Source: an uncultured Verrucomicrobiae bacterium | GTDB taxonomy: Bacteria; Verrucomicrobiota; Verrucomicrobiia; Limisphaerales; Palsa-1400 | NCBI GenBank assembly: GCA_963707025.1 | Contig: CAVPOM010000004.1 | Coordinates: 192,001-256,000 of the forward strand | DNA length: 64,000 nucleotides | Reading direction: 5' to 3' | Shown here: positions 63,474 through 64,000 of the stretch, in pieces | Layout: each line of letters starts with the position of its first letter | Position numbering within the stretch: position 1 is the first letter of the stretch | Translations under genes and position numbers: made by a program | The notes under the pieces: model-generated | What the model was told of the DNA's origin: nothing | The model's input: the letters and a program-made list of their open reading frames with translations, nothing else | The model's database searches: none

Positions 63474-63620
63474 AGAACTTTCTGCCAAATATCCGGGGCG
63501 GCGATCCTACACACCTCCGGGCCGGTGCATAAATCATGGATTAACAGGATGGGGAGGATTAGGATTAGGATTAAGATTAGGAATTCGAGCCTGTCCAAAC
63601 GGCAATAGTGTCCATACTAA

Positions 63621-64000
63621 TTATCGCGGCGCGGCCCCATAGACCAGGAACAGCTCGGGGCCGGCCCGTTTCATGGAGACCAGTTGCAGGCGCGCGGCCT
63701 GGGCCAGATGTTGGACTCCTTCGCCCGCCGCCAGGGTGGGGGCTTCCCGCCCGCCGAAAAGGAGGGGACAGATGGTCAGGTGGGTTTCCTGGACAAGCCC
63801 GGCCTGGAACAGCGCGGCGTTGAGTTCGCCGCCGCCTTCGCAGAGCAGCCTTTTGACCCCCCACTTTTTTTTCAACCAGCCCAGGGCGGCGCGGAGGTCG
63901 AGTTTGTGCCGTCCAAAAATCCTGACTTCATCGGCCACGGCGCGCAGGCGGCGCAGTCTGGCCGGCGCGATGCGGGCGGTGGTGAGAATAAGGATGGGGG
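63621..64000 (-). CDS. RibD C-terminal reductase domain protein (5' end outside window)
   Basis: LLCEGGGELNAALF..GLV.E..LTICPLLFGG..APT. Confidence 0.8.
   Translation of the reverse strand, partial: PILILTTARIAPARLRRLRAVADEVRIFGRHKLDLRAALGWLKKKWGVKRLLCEGGGELNAALFQAGLVQETHLTICPLLFGGREAPTLAAGEGVQHLAQAARLQLVSMKRAGPELFLVYGAAPR

Noticed and set aside
63555..63581. (GGATTA)n tandem, and 9-mer tandems at 28818-28883 and 46978-47013
   Set aside because: Short simple repeats with no evidence of a distinct function.

Overview
High-GC bacterial chromosomal segment. The gene content (a minor-pilin cassette resembling the Verru_Chthon cassette, two PilB ATPases, very large Thr-Asn-rich exported proteins) suggests Verrucomicrobiota; this is an inference. 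In order, it holds: an M1 aminopeptidase (partial); an AT-richer islet (CCGTTACA repeats, hypothetical, pyrE, XRE HTH); dinD between ~90-bp direct repeats; a CBM-like/FGE-like/MBOAT/SGNH cluster; an AT-rich two-gene islet; a GH3; metW-metX-metY; and two near-identical 1903-bp IS4-family elements. Each IS carries a divergent DUF6788-like accessory gene, and both sit at the same 12-bp hairpin site inside separate copies of a 183-bp REP-doublet/MITE. Between them lie housekeeping genes (tsaD, ctpA, ispD, pdxA, surA-like, aroF, recJ, secDF, yajC) and a RelE-type toxin-antitoxin (TA) pair. A ~21-kb minus-strand type IV pilus/T2SS-like locus follows: pilB-pilT-pilB-pilC, an embedded BrnT/BrnA-like pair, five pilin-like genes and a ~2400-aa subtilase. 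The window ends with an aminotransferase and a partial RibD-like gene. Several single-base frameshifts may be sequencing errors. No rRNA, tRNA or CRISPR array was recognised.
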